This document shows, one piece after another, positions 9,954 through 19,754 of a stretch of 64,000 nucleotides of DNA. Source of the stretch: a virus; the IMG/VR virus record IMGVR_UViG_3300042971_000032; one strand, 5' to 3'. The first letter of the stretch is position 1, and every line of letters starts with the position of its first letter. Position numbers and translations under genes: made by a program. Below the pieces are notes generated by a model that saw nothing but the letters and a program-made list of their open reading frames with translations, was not told the origin of the DNA and did not search any database.

Positions 9954-11448
9954 TGCCGACAGTCATGTGATCCTTCTTCCTCATATCGAGAAGCCAAAGG
10001 ATCACAGGATACGGGCAGCGGTGTATTGCCGGGTATCGAGCAAGCACGAGGATCAGGAATATTCCCTCGAGAATCAGATCCGGCATTACCGGGAGACGAT
10101 CGGAGAAGACGGGCGCTACGAGCTTGTCGAGATCTACTACGACTTTGGTATCTCGGGATTCAAGGAAGCAAGGCCCGGGTTCCAGCGGATGCTCGAAGAA
10201 TCGAAAGACGGGAAGTTTGAGCTGGTCATCACGAAGTCCATCACCCGCTTTGCCCGGAACACAGCCACGGTGCTCGATGCCACAAGACTCCTGAAGAGCC
10301 GGGGCATCGGTGTGTTCTTCGAGCTGCAGCAGATCAACACCCTAGGGGAAGGCGGAGAGCTGCTCATGACACTGTTTGCTGCATTCGGACAGGCCGAGAG
10401 CGAATCCAACCGCCTCGGCACAAAGATGACGATCAAACGGAAGGTAGAGAAGCAGGAAGCCATCCAGCAGATCCAGCGGGTGTTCGGCTACACGAAGAAT
10501 GCAGATGGTGAGATCGTTCCGGATGAGAACGCAGGCCGCGTGCTGGAAATCTTCGAGATGGCAGCGGATGGATTCACAGTAGGGCAGATCACAAACTACC
10601 TGAACAGTGAGGGTGTGACGACAAAGCGGGGAGCTAAGTTCTACCGCACCACGGTGACAAGGATCCTCACGAACGAGGAGTACAAAGGTGACTTCGTGCA
10701 GTTCAAACACTACTCGGATGAACACCGGAAGGAGAGAAAGAACGCCGGAGAGCACGCCATGATCTATTATGCAGAGAATCATCCGCCGATCGTGACGAAT
10801 GAACTCTGGGAGAAAGCACAGCAGGCGCTTGGCGTCCGGCAGAATCCCAAGCCGGAACCGGAGGAAAAGCCCTTGCTCGACACGCTCCCATATCGGCATC
10901 AACTGTTCTGCGCGAAGTGCGGTCACCGGCTGATGCGTTCCTACACCGGAGGGAAGAACCGCTGGATCTGCTCGGGAAAAGAGAGGTTCAGCAGTGACTT
11001 CTGCTCCGGTGTTTCTATTCCCGACGAGGTGGTGAAGAGCTGGGGAGACTTTCCGGAAGACCGGTACATCAGCGAAACAACCGACCGGGGCCGGGTCACT
11101 GGTTTCACCTATGAGGACGGCGATACCTGGCATAAGAGCCATACGCGTAAGCGGCATGTCACGAAGGCACCTGCACTTACAGAAGAAAATTATCCCTATA
11201 AGGACCGGGTTTACTGCAAATACTGCGGAGGAAGGCTCCGGCGCATCATCGGAAACAACGGAAGCGTCTTCTGGATCTGCAACACGATGAGCCGGTATGG
11301 CAAGGATATCTGCAAGGGTGTTCGGGTGCCGGATGAGATGCTTCAATCTCTCCGCGATTACCCGGGCATCGTCTACATTGGAAAGGAGAACATTGATGGC
11401 AAGGAGCGTTACGGTTATTCCCGCCAGCCAGACAAGAAAATCAGCTGA
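9919..11448 (+). CDS. Large serine recombinase 1 (resolvase + recombinase + zinc-ribbon domains)
   Basis: AAVYCRVSS catalytic motif, ITKSITRFARN, Cys motifs; GTG start after GGAGG. Confidence 0.92.
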   Translation: MTTSQISLSSADADSHVILLPHIEKPKDHRIRAAVYCRVSSKHEDQEYSLENQIRHYRETIGEDGRYELVEIYYDFGISGFKEARPGFQRMLEESKDGKFELVITKSITRFARNTATVLDATRLLKSRGIGVFFELQQINTLGEGGELLMTLFAAFGQAESESNRLGTKMTIKRKVEKQEAIQQIQRVFGYTKNADGEIVPDENAGRVLEIFEMAADGFTVGQITNYLNSEGVTTKRGAKFYRTTVTRILTNEEYKGDFVQFKHYSDEHRKERKNAGEHAMIYYAENHPPIVTNELWEKAQQALGVRQNPKPEPEEKPLLDTLPYRHQLFCAKCGHRLMRSYTGGKNRWICSGKERFSSDFCSGVSIPDEVVKSWGDFPEDRYISETTDRGRVTGFTYEDGDTWHKSHTRKRHVTKAPALTEENYPYKDRVYCKYCGGRLRRIIGNNGSVFWICNTMSRYGKDICKGVRVPDEMLQSLRDYPGIVYIGKENIDGKERYGYSRQPDKKIS

Positions 11449-12775
11449 GGCGGAAAAGAAAAAGATACGGGTGGCAGCCTACTGCCGGGTATCAACGGAG
11501 CAGGAAGAACAGCTCGGATCCTTTGAGAATCAGGTGAGCTACTACACCGAGCTCATCAACAGCAAGCCCGACTGGGTGATGGCCGGGATCTTCTCGGACG
11601 AGGGCATTTCCGGCACCGGGACGAAGAAGCGTCAGGGCTTCCAGAACATGATCAGGGCCTGCCGCGAGGGAAAGGTTGATCGGGTGATTACGAAGTCAAT
11701 ATCCAGATTCGCTCGTAACACCGCTGACTGTCTGCATTACTCAAGAGAGCTGAAGGACCTCGGCATCCCCATTTTCTTCGAGAAGGAAGGGATAGATACG
11801 ATGGCGGCATCGGGTGAGCTGCTCTTCACGATCCTGTCCTCCCTTGCGCAGGAGGAGAGCCGGAACATTTCGGAGAATACCACATGGGGCATCCGGTCGA
11901 AATTCAAACAGGGTGTTCCGATGATTAACACTGGAAACTTCATGGGCTATGACAAAGACGAGAATGGGAAGCTGGTCATCAATCCTGAGCAGGCCAAGGT
12001 GGTGAAGCGAATCTTTCGGGAGTTCCTTGAGGGCTGGTCCACGCGGGAGATTGCACAGCGGCTCAACAGGGAGAAGATTCCCGGTGTGTCCGGCAAGGCA
12101 AAGTGGAATGGCTTCACCATCGAGCGTATGCTTCAGAATGAGAAATACAAGGGAGACCTCCTGATGCAGAAAACCTTCACGGCTGATTACCTCACCAAGA
12201 AGATGGTGGAGAACAACGGTGAACGGGATCAGTACTATGTGCAGGGAAACCACGAAGCGATTGTTTCTCCGGATGATTGGGAAGCAGCTCAGTTTGAGTT
12301 GAAACGGCGAGAAGGCTTCATGGAGAGCCACGGCATCAAGGAGATCAGCAGCCTTACCGGGACGGCATTCTACAATAAGGTCTATTGCGGCAAATGCGGC
12401 TGCAAGATGCAGCGGAGAAACCCGAAAGGAAATAAGCCATTCTGGAAATGCCTGAATACGGATAAGCGGAACGGCTATACCTGCGATGCAGGGAATGTTC
12501 GGGAGTCAGATCTTCGACAGGCCTTCGTCATCGCTTGGAACAGCCTTGTCGAGAACAGGGAGACGGAGCTGCCGCGCTGGAAGAAGATGATGGAATCAGA
12601 GAATGCTCTGGAACGCCTGAGAGGTCGACAGATGATCGAGCTCACGGCAGAAGGGCACTTGGACTTCGAAATCCCGGAACTCACCCGTATGGTTCTTGAT
12701 GAGGTCAGAGTCACCGATCCTAAGAGCTTTACGGTCAAGTTGCTGGATGGGACGGTGCGGAATATCAAGCTCTGA
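11396..12775 (+). CDS. Large serine recombinase 2
   Basis: AAYCRVST, ITKSISRFARN, CGKCG zinc ribbon; AGGAG RBS. Confidence 0.93.
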   Translation: MARSVTVIPASQTRKSAEAEKKKIRVAAYCRVSTEQEEQLGSFENQVSYYTELINSKPDWVMAGIFSDEGISGTGTKKRQGFQNMIRACREGKVDRVITKSISRFARNTADCLHYSRELKDLGIPIFFEKEGIDTMAASGELLFTILSSLAQEESRNISENTTWGIRSKFKQGVPMINTGNFMGYDKDENGKLVINPEQAKVVKRIFREFLEGWSTREIAQRLNREKIPGVSGKAKWNGFTIERMLQNEKYKGDLLMQKTFTADYLTKKMVENNGERDQYYVQGNHEAIVSPDDWEAAQFELKRREGFMESHGIKEISSLTGTAFYNKVYCGKCGCKMQRRNPKGNKPFWKCLNTDKRNGYTCDAGNVRESDLRQAFVIAWNSLVENRETELPRWKKMMESENALERLRGRQMIELTAEGHLDFEIPELTRMVLDEVRVTDPKSFTVKLLDGTVRNIKL

Positions 12776-12791
12776 GAAGGAGAGGAATGCA

Positions 12792-12821
12792 GCCCTGCCC
12801 GGTTGTGGCGGGGCCTTTTTT
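12792..12821 (+). terminator. Intrinsic terminator after recombinases
   Basis: GCCCTGCC...GGCGGGGC hairpin followed by a T-run. Confidence 0.7.
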
Positions 12822-13122
12822 CATCACTACCGATGTTGTGGGAAAGTGCATTTTTGCAAAGGTAGTCTTTCATTACGCGCATATAGTGTGTATAATTATA
12901 GTTTAGGAAAATAGTATCCAATAACTGATAATAGTGTTCAGAAATACCGATGAAGTGTGACTGGCAATAGCTGGTACCTTGGAAATTGAACAGGGAGGGC
13001 ACCTCTCCCATCATAGAGGGCAGATGCGCAGGAGAGGGCACAAAGTGGATTTACTAATATGCGCATAAGTCTGCAACACAATATATGGCATAGACAACGC
13101 ATAATCATAGGTAAAACCACAA

Positions 13123-13165
13123 GATATTGTGGCAGAAATGTGCCGGGCGTGCTGGTCGCGATCTC
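13123..13165 (+). other. Putative attR of prophage 1 (crossover GG at 13146-13147)
   Basis: Identity to the intact pilin gene (16745 onward) begins exactly at this GG; upstream sequence is non-pilin and follows the recombinase genes. Confidence 0.75.
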
Positions 13166-13511
13166 GATTCCGATCTTCACATCGCAGTTGGAGAAGAGCA
13201 GGGATGCTGTAACGCTGTCCAATATCAGGGCCGCATATGCTCAGGCACAGACTGCGGAGTTGACGGAGTCAAGTGACCCCACTAACAAGGTTACTTACAC
13301 CAAGAAAGGTGATGGGACTTCAACAGTTAAGGTAGAAGGTGTTGTTTCAAAAGGAACGCATGATGGACTAAATAATCTTGACCAGCTTCCGTTTGGCGAT
13401 AAGGTAAATGCATGGACCGCGAAGGCTAGTCTTGGTGGAACGCCTAAATCTTGGAATATTACATTTACCTATGATACAAATGGTGCAATCACCGCAGTAA
13501 TCGCTGAATAA
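13146..13511 (+). pseudogene. 5'-truncated type IV pilin (body A, lacks prepilin leader and FTLxE)
   Basis: Identical to 16745-17110 but preceded by non-pilin DNA. Confidence 0.88.
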
Positions 13512-13530
13512 CTTAGACACGAAGTCTAAA

Positions 13531-13564
13531 AAGAAGCCCTCCGGAGCAATCTGGAGGGTTTCTT
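13531..13564 (+). terminator. Terminator hairpin after pilin body A (copy at 17130-17163)
   Basis: AAGAAGCCCTCCGGA-gcaa-TCTGGAGGGTTTCTT. Confidence 0.8.
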
Positions 13565-13955
13565 CATATCAGAACCTAATTACGCGCGCCTGTCCATTGG
13601 TCTGTAGAACCCTTGTACTTTTGCACAGAATGAGGCTGTTTTCCACGGATTTCGGAACCTGCGGGCGTAATTAAAATTTTTCCTACGATGCGGTTCATCA
13701 AAAGCATGGATGGAGCGGCTCTCGGGTCCGCAAACAGCACGATCTTAGCGTGGACAAATGCGCAGAATAAGGCCATTTTCCGCAGATTTTGATACCTTGG
13801 GGCGTAATTAGATTTACTCCAACGATGACCAGATCGGATATATTCAAGGACTTGCATCATCACATGCTGCTTGCACAATAGTGCGTGATGAGCCTCGTTT
13901 CCGCAAATCAGCGGTATCCTGTGGCAGTATAATGGAACGGGAGGAGTGATGCTCA

Positions 13956-14504
13956 ATGAAAAAGAATAAGAAGGGCTTTACATTAGCGGAGCTCCTTATC
14001 GTGGTCGCCATCATTGCTGTGCTTGTCGCAATATCCATACCGATCTTTGCAAGACAGAAACTGAAGGCACAGGAAGCTGTCGATAAGGCTAATCTTCGTG
14101 CTGCATATGCAGAAGTGATGGCAGCTGCAGCATCCGATCCGGACCATTCGTGGTATGTGCCGGTTAAAATGACGCATAAAGGAAATTACGGAGTGAATAA
14201 TACGAGACAATTCTATTTAGCGTCAAGTGATGAGACGATTGCTGGTATTAATACTGCTGGAATTAATCATCCAAATGAGGGAACAGATAATACTTTATTT
14301 GTTGTCCTATATACTTCAGAGCAGGCAAAAATACTGGCAGAGCACAAAGGAGCATATGGGCATTATTATTTTTTACTGTTAGGACGCCAATATCCCGGCG
14401 CCAATTCGGATGATGAGCGATGGGTAGAGAATCCAGTGGTAGTAATAGCACAGGGTATTCCGGATAATATACACATTGATTTAGATATTGAGGAAGTAAA
14501 GTAA
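13956..14504 (+). CDS. Type IV prepilin (pilin 2)
   Basis: KKG|FTLAELLIVVAIIAVLVAISIP class III signal peptide. Confidence 0.92.
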   Translation: MKKNKKGFTLAELLIVVAIIAVLVAISIPIFARQKLKAQEAVDKANLRAAYAEVMAAAASDPDHSWYVPVKMTHKGNYGVNNTRQFYLASSDETIAGINTAGINHPNEGTDNTLFVVLYTSEQAKILAEHKGAYGHYYFLLLGRQYPGANSDDERWVENPVVVIAQGIPDNIHIDLDIEEVK

Positions 14505-14540
14505 ACTTATAGCCATTACTATTTATGGGAGGGACCACAG

Positions 14541-15044
14541 TTGAAGAAGAAATTGCATAAAGGCTTCACCCTCGCGGAACTCCTCATCGTGGTCGCCATC
14601 ATTGCTGTGCTTGTTGCCATCAGCATTCCGATCTTTACCTCCCAGCTCAGAAAGGCACGGCTGGCAGTGAACCAAGCCAATGCAAGAGCGGGAGAGGCAG
14701 CAGCCTGTGCTGCATATCTTGAGGACCCTTCCTATGATCTCATTGCGTATGATATCCGCTCTGGGAAGGTGGCAAAGTCGAAAACGTCCAATGATGAAAA
14801 TACGATAGTTAAAGAGCTGAACATAGGAGACAAAAGAAACATGGGATCCTATAAAGCCGATTATAATAAAATCCCTAATGATATATCTTCATGGACAGTA
14901 AGCACACATTTGACGAACAACGATGCTTATAAATTAGGAGATTATTATTTCTACCACTATATCTGCACGTTCAATAATGATGGAACCATTAAGCAGATTC
15001 AAGCGAATGATAATCACAAGTCGCAACCCAAGGATCCATATTGA
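14541..15044 (+). CDS. Type IV prepilin (pilin 3)
   Basis: HKG|FTLAE motif; TTG start after GGGAGG. Confidence 0.92.
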   Translation: MKKKLHKGFTLAELLIVVAIIAVLVAISIPIFTSQLRKARLAVNQANARAGEAAACAAYLEDPSYDLIAYDIRSGKVAKSKTSNDENTIVKELNIGDKRNMGSYKADYNKIPNDISSWTVSTHLTNNDAYKLGDYYFYHYICTFNNDGTIKQIQANDNHKSQPKDPY

Positions 15045-15093
15045 TGTGAGAAATCAGCGGTGAGCCGAGACAACGGAAGGAAGGTGACTGCGG

Positions 15094-15573
15094 ATGAAGA
15101 GAAAACAGAATAAAGGCTTCACACTTGCGGAATTATTAATTGTGGTCGCCATCATTGCTGTGCTCGTTGCGATCTCTATACCGATCTTCAGTAACCAACT
15201 TAGGAAAGCAAGGTTTGCTACAAATCTGGCAAATGCAAGAGCTGCAAAAGCTGCAGTGATTGCAGGTTATTTTGATACAAATGGGACAAGAATACATTGG
15301 AATTATGACACTAAAACCGGAACCGCTATTAAGCCATGGTATGATAATGCACTTGACCGTCAATCTCCGCAAAGCATGAAAGATCGTGGATTACCCCTTG
15401 AACGGGCCGTTATCTTAGGCTGGATACAGAGCGACCCTGCGGATTGGAACTCTCATTCTGAGAAGGACCTGAACGGTCAAGATCTAAGATTACTTGGCGA
15501 TCAGGTATATAGTACGATAGGAGTAGATCTTAACGAGGATGGAACAGTAAAATACTATTATTTCTACAAATAA
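15094..15573 (+). CDS. Type IV prepilin (pilin 4)
   Basis: NKG|FTLAE motif. Confidence 0.92.
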   Translation: MKRKQNKGFTLAELLIVVAIIAVLVAISIPIFSNQLRKARFATNLANARAAKAAVIAGYFDTNGTRIHWNYDTKTGTAIKPWYDNALDRQSPQSMKDRGLPLERAVILGWIQSDPADWNSHSEKDLNGQDLRLLGDQVYSTIGVDLNEDGTVKYYYFYK

Positions 15574-15663
15574 TATATGATTGTCGATCCAAGTGTTCAC
15601 ATACAGATTTAAGAATGAATGTAATGTGATGCTGATTTTTTCAGTGTGGAGGAGGAATGTCAG

Positions 15664-16128
15664 ATGAAGAGAAAAATGAATAAAGGCTTCACTCTTGCGG
15701 AACTCCTGATTGTGGTCGCCATCATAGCTGTGCTCGTGGCGATATCCATACCGATCTTCAGTAATCAGATTAAAAAAGCTCGACTTGCCACCAATCAGGC
15801 AAATGCCAGAGCTGCATATGCGGCATGGGTTGCTCAGTATATAGATGAGGGGATGCCGTTTCGTAAGGGTAGTGTTTATTATATTTATGATACAACGACC
15901 GGTAAAATCTCATCCTATACCTGGAGTGCTCGGAATTTTGGTGCTGAAGTTTGCAATTCGAACATGGATCAACCTATTACGGATATTTCTGCTTGGAAGA
16001 CAACAACCCGGGCAAATAAACCTGAGCGAAATTTAGGATCAAACGTCTACAAGTATTGGCAGATAAGAGTTACGGATGGAGAATTGTCTGCATATTATGC
16101 GTATCTCTATCCATCAGGTGACTATTAA
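15664..16128 (+). CDS. Type IV prepilin (pilin 5)
   Basis: NKG|FTLAE motif; ATG after GGAGG (alternative GTG at 15646). Confidence 0.92.
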   Translation: MKRKMNKGFTLAELLIVVAIIAVLVAISIPIFSNQIKKARLATNQANARAAYAAWVAQYIDEGMPFRKGSVYYIYDTTTGKISSYTWSARNFGAEVCNSNMDQPITDISAWKTTTRANKPERNLGSNVYKYWQIRVTDGELSAYYAYLYPSGDY

Positions 16129-16155
16129 AAGAGTAATGAGTAAAGAGATATTGGT

Positions 16156-16614
16156 ATGAAACACAGCGTGAAGAGAAAACAGAATAAAGGTTTCACTCTA
16201 GCGGAGCTCCTTATCGTGGTCGCCATCATTGCTGTGCTCGTTGCAATCAGCATACCGATCTTCAGTAAGCTGGTGCAGAAGGCAAGACTCGCCGCAAATC
16301 AGGCAAACGCCAGAGCTGCATATGCCGCGGTAGAAGCGGAATACATCACCAATAATCCTTCAGCGATGGATCCAGTGAGCGAAACTTATTACACTTATGA
16401 TGCATCGACAGGCAAGATAAAGATAATAAGATCAATTGGCGGCGGATATATGTCCGTTGGTGACGATAACTCAACTCCTTCATCTTGGTTGACATCTACA
16501 AGGATCGGTGGACATTGGGATTGGACCCTTGGCCAGCATGTATATAAGAAATGGTTGCTGGTTGTCAATAATGTAAGTGGGAAGGTAAGGGAATACATGG
16601 TATATCATGATTAG
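16156..16614 (+). CDS. Type IV prepilin (pilin 6)
   Basis: NKG|FTLAE motif. Confidence 0.92.
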   Translation: MKHSVKRKQNKGFTLAELLIVVAIIAVLVAISIPIFSKLVQKARLAANQANARAAYAAVEAEYITNNPSAMDPVSETYYTYDASTGKIKIIRSIGGGYMSVGDDNSTPSSWLTSTRIGGHWDWTLGQHVYKKWLLVVNNVSGKVREYMVYHD

Positions 16615-16650
16615 CTTTTAACTTTTTTAGATATGGAACTTTCACAACAT

Positions 16651-16672
16651 TGGTATGCTTATGGTAGGGAGG
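16651..16672 (+). promoter_or_regulatory. Extended -10 promoter and RBS for the IIGVL pilin (copy at 20250-20271)
   Basis: TG-G-TATGCT followed by GGGAGG; no clear -35. Confidence 0.45.
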
Positions 16673-16675
16673 TAG

Positions 16676-17110
16676 GTGACCATCATGAAAAACAAGAATA
16701 AAGGCTTCACACTTGGGGAACTCCTCATTGTGGTCGCCATCATCGGCGTGCTGGTCGCGATCTCGATTCCGATCTTCACATCGCAGTTGGAGAAGAGCAG
16801 GGATGCTGTAACGCTGTCCAATATCAGGGCCGCATATGCTCAGGCACAGACTGCGGAGTTGACGGAGTCAAGTGACCCCACTAACAAGGTTACTTACACC
16901 AAGAAAGGTGATGGGACTTCAACAGTTAAGGTAGAAGGTGTTGTTTCAAAAGGAACGCATGATGGACTAAATAATCTTGACCAGCTTCCGTTTGGCGATA
17001 AGGTAAATGCATGGACCGCGAAGGCTAGTCTTGGTGGAACGCCTAAATCTTGGAATATTACATTTACCTATGATACAAATGGTGCAATCACCGCAGTAAT
17101 CGCTGAATAA
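16676..17110 (+). CDS. Type IV prepilin, leader + body A (candidate major pilin; contains intact attB-like site)
   Basis: NKG|FTLGELLIVVAIIGVL; short Ala/Thr/Gly-rich body; followed by a terminator. Confidence 0.9.
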   Translation: MTIMKNKNKGFTLGELLIVVAIIGVLVAISIPIFTSQLEKSRDAVTLSNIRAAYAQAQTAELTESSDPTNKVTYTKKGDGTSTVKVEGVVSKGTHDGLNNLDQLPFGDKVNAWTAKASLGGTPKSWNITFTYDTNGAITAVIAE

Positions 17111-17554
17111 CTTAGACACGAAGTCTAAAAAGAAGCCCTCCGGAGCAATCTGGAGGGTTTCTTCATATCAGAACCTAATTACGCGCGCCTGTCCATTGGT
17201 CTGTAGAACCCTTGTACTTTTGCACAGAATGAGGCTGTTTTCCACGGATTTCGGAACCTGCGGGCGTAATTAAAATTTTTCCTACGATGCGGTTCATCAA
17301 AAGCATGGATGGAGCGGCTCTCGGGTCCGCAAACAGCACGATCTTAGCGTGGACAAATGCGCAGAATAAGGCCATTTTCCGCAGATTTTGATACCTTGGG
17401 GCGTAATTAGATTTACTCCAACGATGACCAGATCGGATATATTCAAGGACTTGCATCATCACATGCTGCTTGCACAATAGTGCGTGATGAGCCTCGTTTC
17501 CGCAAATCAGCGGTATCCTGTGGCAGTATAATGGAACGGGAGGAGTGATGCTCA

Positions 17555-18103
17555 ATGAAAAAGAATAAGAAGGGCTTTACATTAGCGGAGCTCCTTATCG
17601 TGGTCGCCATCATTGCTGTGCTTGTCGCAATATCCATACCGATCTTTGCAAGACAGAAACTGAAGGCACAGGAAGCTGTCGATAAGGCTAATCTTCGTGC
17701 TGCATATGCAGAAGTGATGGCAGCTGCAGCATCCGATCCGGACCATTCGTGGTATGTGCCGGTTAAAATGACGCATAAAGGAAATTACGGAGTGAATAAT
17801 ACGAGACAATTCTATTTAGCGTCAAGTGATGAGACGATTGCTGGTATTAATACTGCTGGAATTAATCATCCAAATGAGGGAACAGATAATACTTTATTTG
17901 TTGTCCTATATACTTCAGAGCAGGCAAAAATACTGGCAGAGCACAAAGGAGCATATGGGCATTATTATTTTTTACTGTTAGGACGCCAATATCCCGGCGC
18001 CAATTCGGATGATGAGCGATGGGTAGAGAATCCAGTGGTAGTAATAGCACAGGGTATTCCGGATAATATACACATTGATTTAGATATTGAGGAAGTAAAG
18101 TAA
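17555..18103 (+). CDS. Type IV prepilin (pilin 2, copy 2)
   Basis: Identical protein to 13956-14504. Confidence 0.92.
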   Translation: MKKNKKGFTLAELLIVVAIIAVLVAISIPIFARQKLKAQEAVDKANLRAAYAEVMAAAASDPDHSWYVPVKMTHKGNYGVNNTRQFYLASSDETIAGINTAGINHPNEGTDNTLFVVLYTSEQAKILAEHKGAYGHYYFLLLGRQYPGANSDDERWVENPVVVIAQGIPDNIHIDLDIEEVK

Positions 18104-18139
18104 ACTTATAGCCATTACTATTTATGGGAGGGACCACAG

Positions 18140-18643
18140 TTGAAGAAGAAATTGCATAAAGGCTTCACCCTCGCGGAACTCCTCATCGTGGTCGCCATCA
18201 TTGCTGTGCTTGTTGCCATCAGCATTCCGATCTTTACCTCCCAGCTCAGAAAGGCACGGCTGGCAGTGAACCAAGCCAATGCAAGAGCGGGAGAGGCAGC
18301 AGCCTGTGCTGCATATCTTGAGGACCCTTCCTATGATCTCATTGCGTATGATATCCGCTCTGGGAAGGTGGCAAAGTCGAAAACGTCCAATGATGAAAAT
18401 ACGATAGTTAAAGAGCTGAACATAGGAGACAAAAGAAACATGGGATCCTATAAAGCCGATTATAATAAAATCCCTAATGATATATCTTCATGGACAGTAA
18501 GCACACATTTGACGAACAACGATGCTTATAAATTAGGAGATTATTATTTCTACCACTATATCTACACGTTCAATAATGATGGAACCATTAAGCAGATTCA
18601 AGCGAATGATAATCACAAGTCGCAACCCAAGGATCCATATTGA
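18140..18643 (+). CDS. Type IV prepilin (pilin 3, copy 2; Cys>Tyr variant)
   Basis: HYIYTF vs HYICTF in copy 1. Confidence 0.92.
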   Translation: MKKKLHKGFTLAELLIVVAIIAVLVAISIPIFTSQLRKARLAVNQANARAGEAAACAAYLEDPSYDLIAYDIRSGKVAKSKTSNDENTIVKELNIGDKRNMGSYKADYNKIPNDISSWTVSTHLTNNDAYKLGDYYFYHYIYTFNNDGTIKQIQANDNHKSQPKDPY

Positions 18644-18692
18644 TGTGAGAAATCAGCGGTGAGCCGAGACAACGGAAGGAAGGTGACTGCGG

Positions 18693-19172
18693 ATGAAGAG
18701 AAAACAGAATAAAGGCTTCACACTTGCGGAATTATTAATTGTGGTCGCCATCATTGCTGTGCTCGTTGCGATCTCTATACCGATCTTCAGTAACCAACTT
18801 AGGAAAGCAAGGTTTGCTACAAATCTGGCAAATGCAAGAGCTGCAAAAGCTGCAGTGATTGCAGGTTATTTTGATACAAATGGGACAAGAATACATTGGA
18901 ATTATGACACTAAAACCGGAACCGCTATTAAGCCATGGTATGATAATGCACTTGACCGTCAATCTCCGCAAAGCATGAAAGATCGTGGATTACCCCTTGA
19001 ACGGGCCGTTATCTTAGGCTGGATACAGAGCGACCCTGCGGATTGGAACTCTCATTCTGAGAAGGACCTGAACGGTCAAGATCTAAGATTACTTGGCGAT
19101 CAGGTATATAGTACGATAGGAGTAGATCTTAACGAGGATGGAACAGTAAAATACTATTATTTCTACAAATAA
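18693..19172 (+). CDS. Type IV prepilin (pilin 4, copy 2)
   Basis: Identical protein to 15094-15573. Confidence 0.92.
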   Translation: MKRKQNKGFTLAELLIVVAIIAVLVAISIPIFSNQLRKARFATNLANARAAKAAVIAGYFDTNGTRIHWNYDTKTGTAIKPWYDNALDRQSPQSMKDRGLPLERAVILGWIQSDPADWNSHSEKDLNGQDLRLLGDQVYSTIGVDLNEDGTVKYYYFYK

Positions 19173-19262
19173 TATATGATTGTCGATCCAAGTGTTCACA
19201 TACAGATTTAAGAATGAATGTAATGTGATGCTGATTTTTTCAGTGTGGAGGAGGAATGTCAG

Positions 19263-19727
19263 ATGAAGAGAAAAATGAATAAAGGCTTCACTCTTGCGGA
19301 ACTCCTGATTGTGGTCGCCATCATAGCTGTGCTCGTGGCGATATCCATACCGATCTTCAGTAATCAGATTAAAAAAGCTCGACTTGCCACCAATCAGGCA
19401 AATGCCAGAGCTGCATATGCGGCATGGGTTGCTCAGTATATAGATGAGGGGATGCCGTTTCGTAAGGGTAGTGTTTATTATATTTATGATACAACGACCG
19501 GTAAAATCTCATCCTATACCTGGAGTGCTCGGAATTTTGGTGCTGAAGTTTGCAATTCGAACATGGATCAACCTATTACGGATATTTCTGCTTGGAAGAC
19601 AACAACCCGGGCAAATAAACCTGAGCGAAATTTAGGATCAAACGTCTACAAGTATTGGCAGATAAGAGTTACGGATGGAGAATTGTCTGCATATTATGCG
19701 TATCTCTATCCATCAGGTGACTATTAA
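19263..19727 (+). CDS. Type IV prepilin (pilin 5, copy 2)
   Basis: Identical protein to copy 1. Confidence 0.92.
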   Translation: MKRKMNKGFTLAELLIVVAIIAVLVAISIPIFSNQIKKARLATNQANARAAYAAWVAQYIDEGMPFRKGSVYYIYDTTTGKISSYTWSARNFGAEVCNSNMDQPITDISAWKTTTRANKPERNLGSNVYKYWQIRVTDGELSAYYAYLYPSGDY

Positions 19728-19754
19728 AAGAGTAATGAGTAAAGAGATATTGGT

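Larger units (their letters stand above)
1..13147 (+). mobile_element. Prophage 1, right arm (tail, lysis, recombinase module); continues left of window
   Basis: Gene order is tape measure, tail, holin, endolysin, serine recombinases. There is an abrupt junction to a 5'-truncated pilin at 13146. Confidence 0.9.
13146..16746 (+). repeat. Tandem duplication unit, copy 1 (period 3599 bp)
   Basis: All ORFs recur at +3599; the only difference found is G14965 vs A18564. Confidence 0.95.

Noticed and set aside
13059-13145. ORF-track start making a 150-aa full-length pilin
   Set aside because: The first 29 residues are non-pilin, with no G|FTLxE and no RBS. Treated as a truncated pilin; the read-through is listed only as a low-interest finding.
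13576-13956. 126-aa minus-strand ORF (and its copy at 17175-17555)
   Set aside because: No recognisable motif or RBS, and it overlaps repeat and promoter elements, so it is likely spurious.
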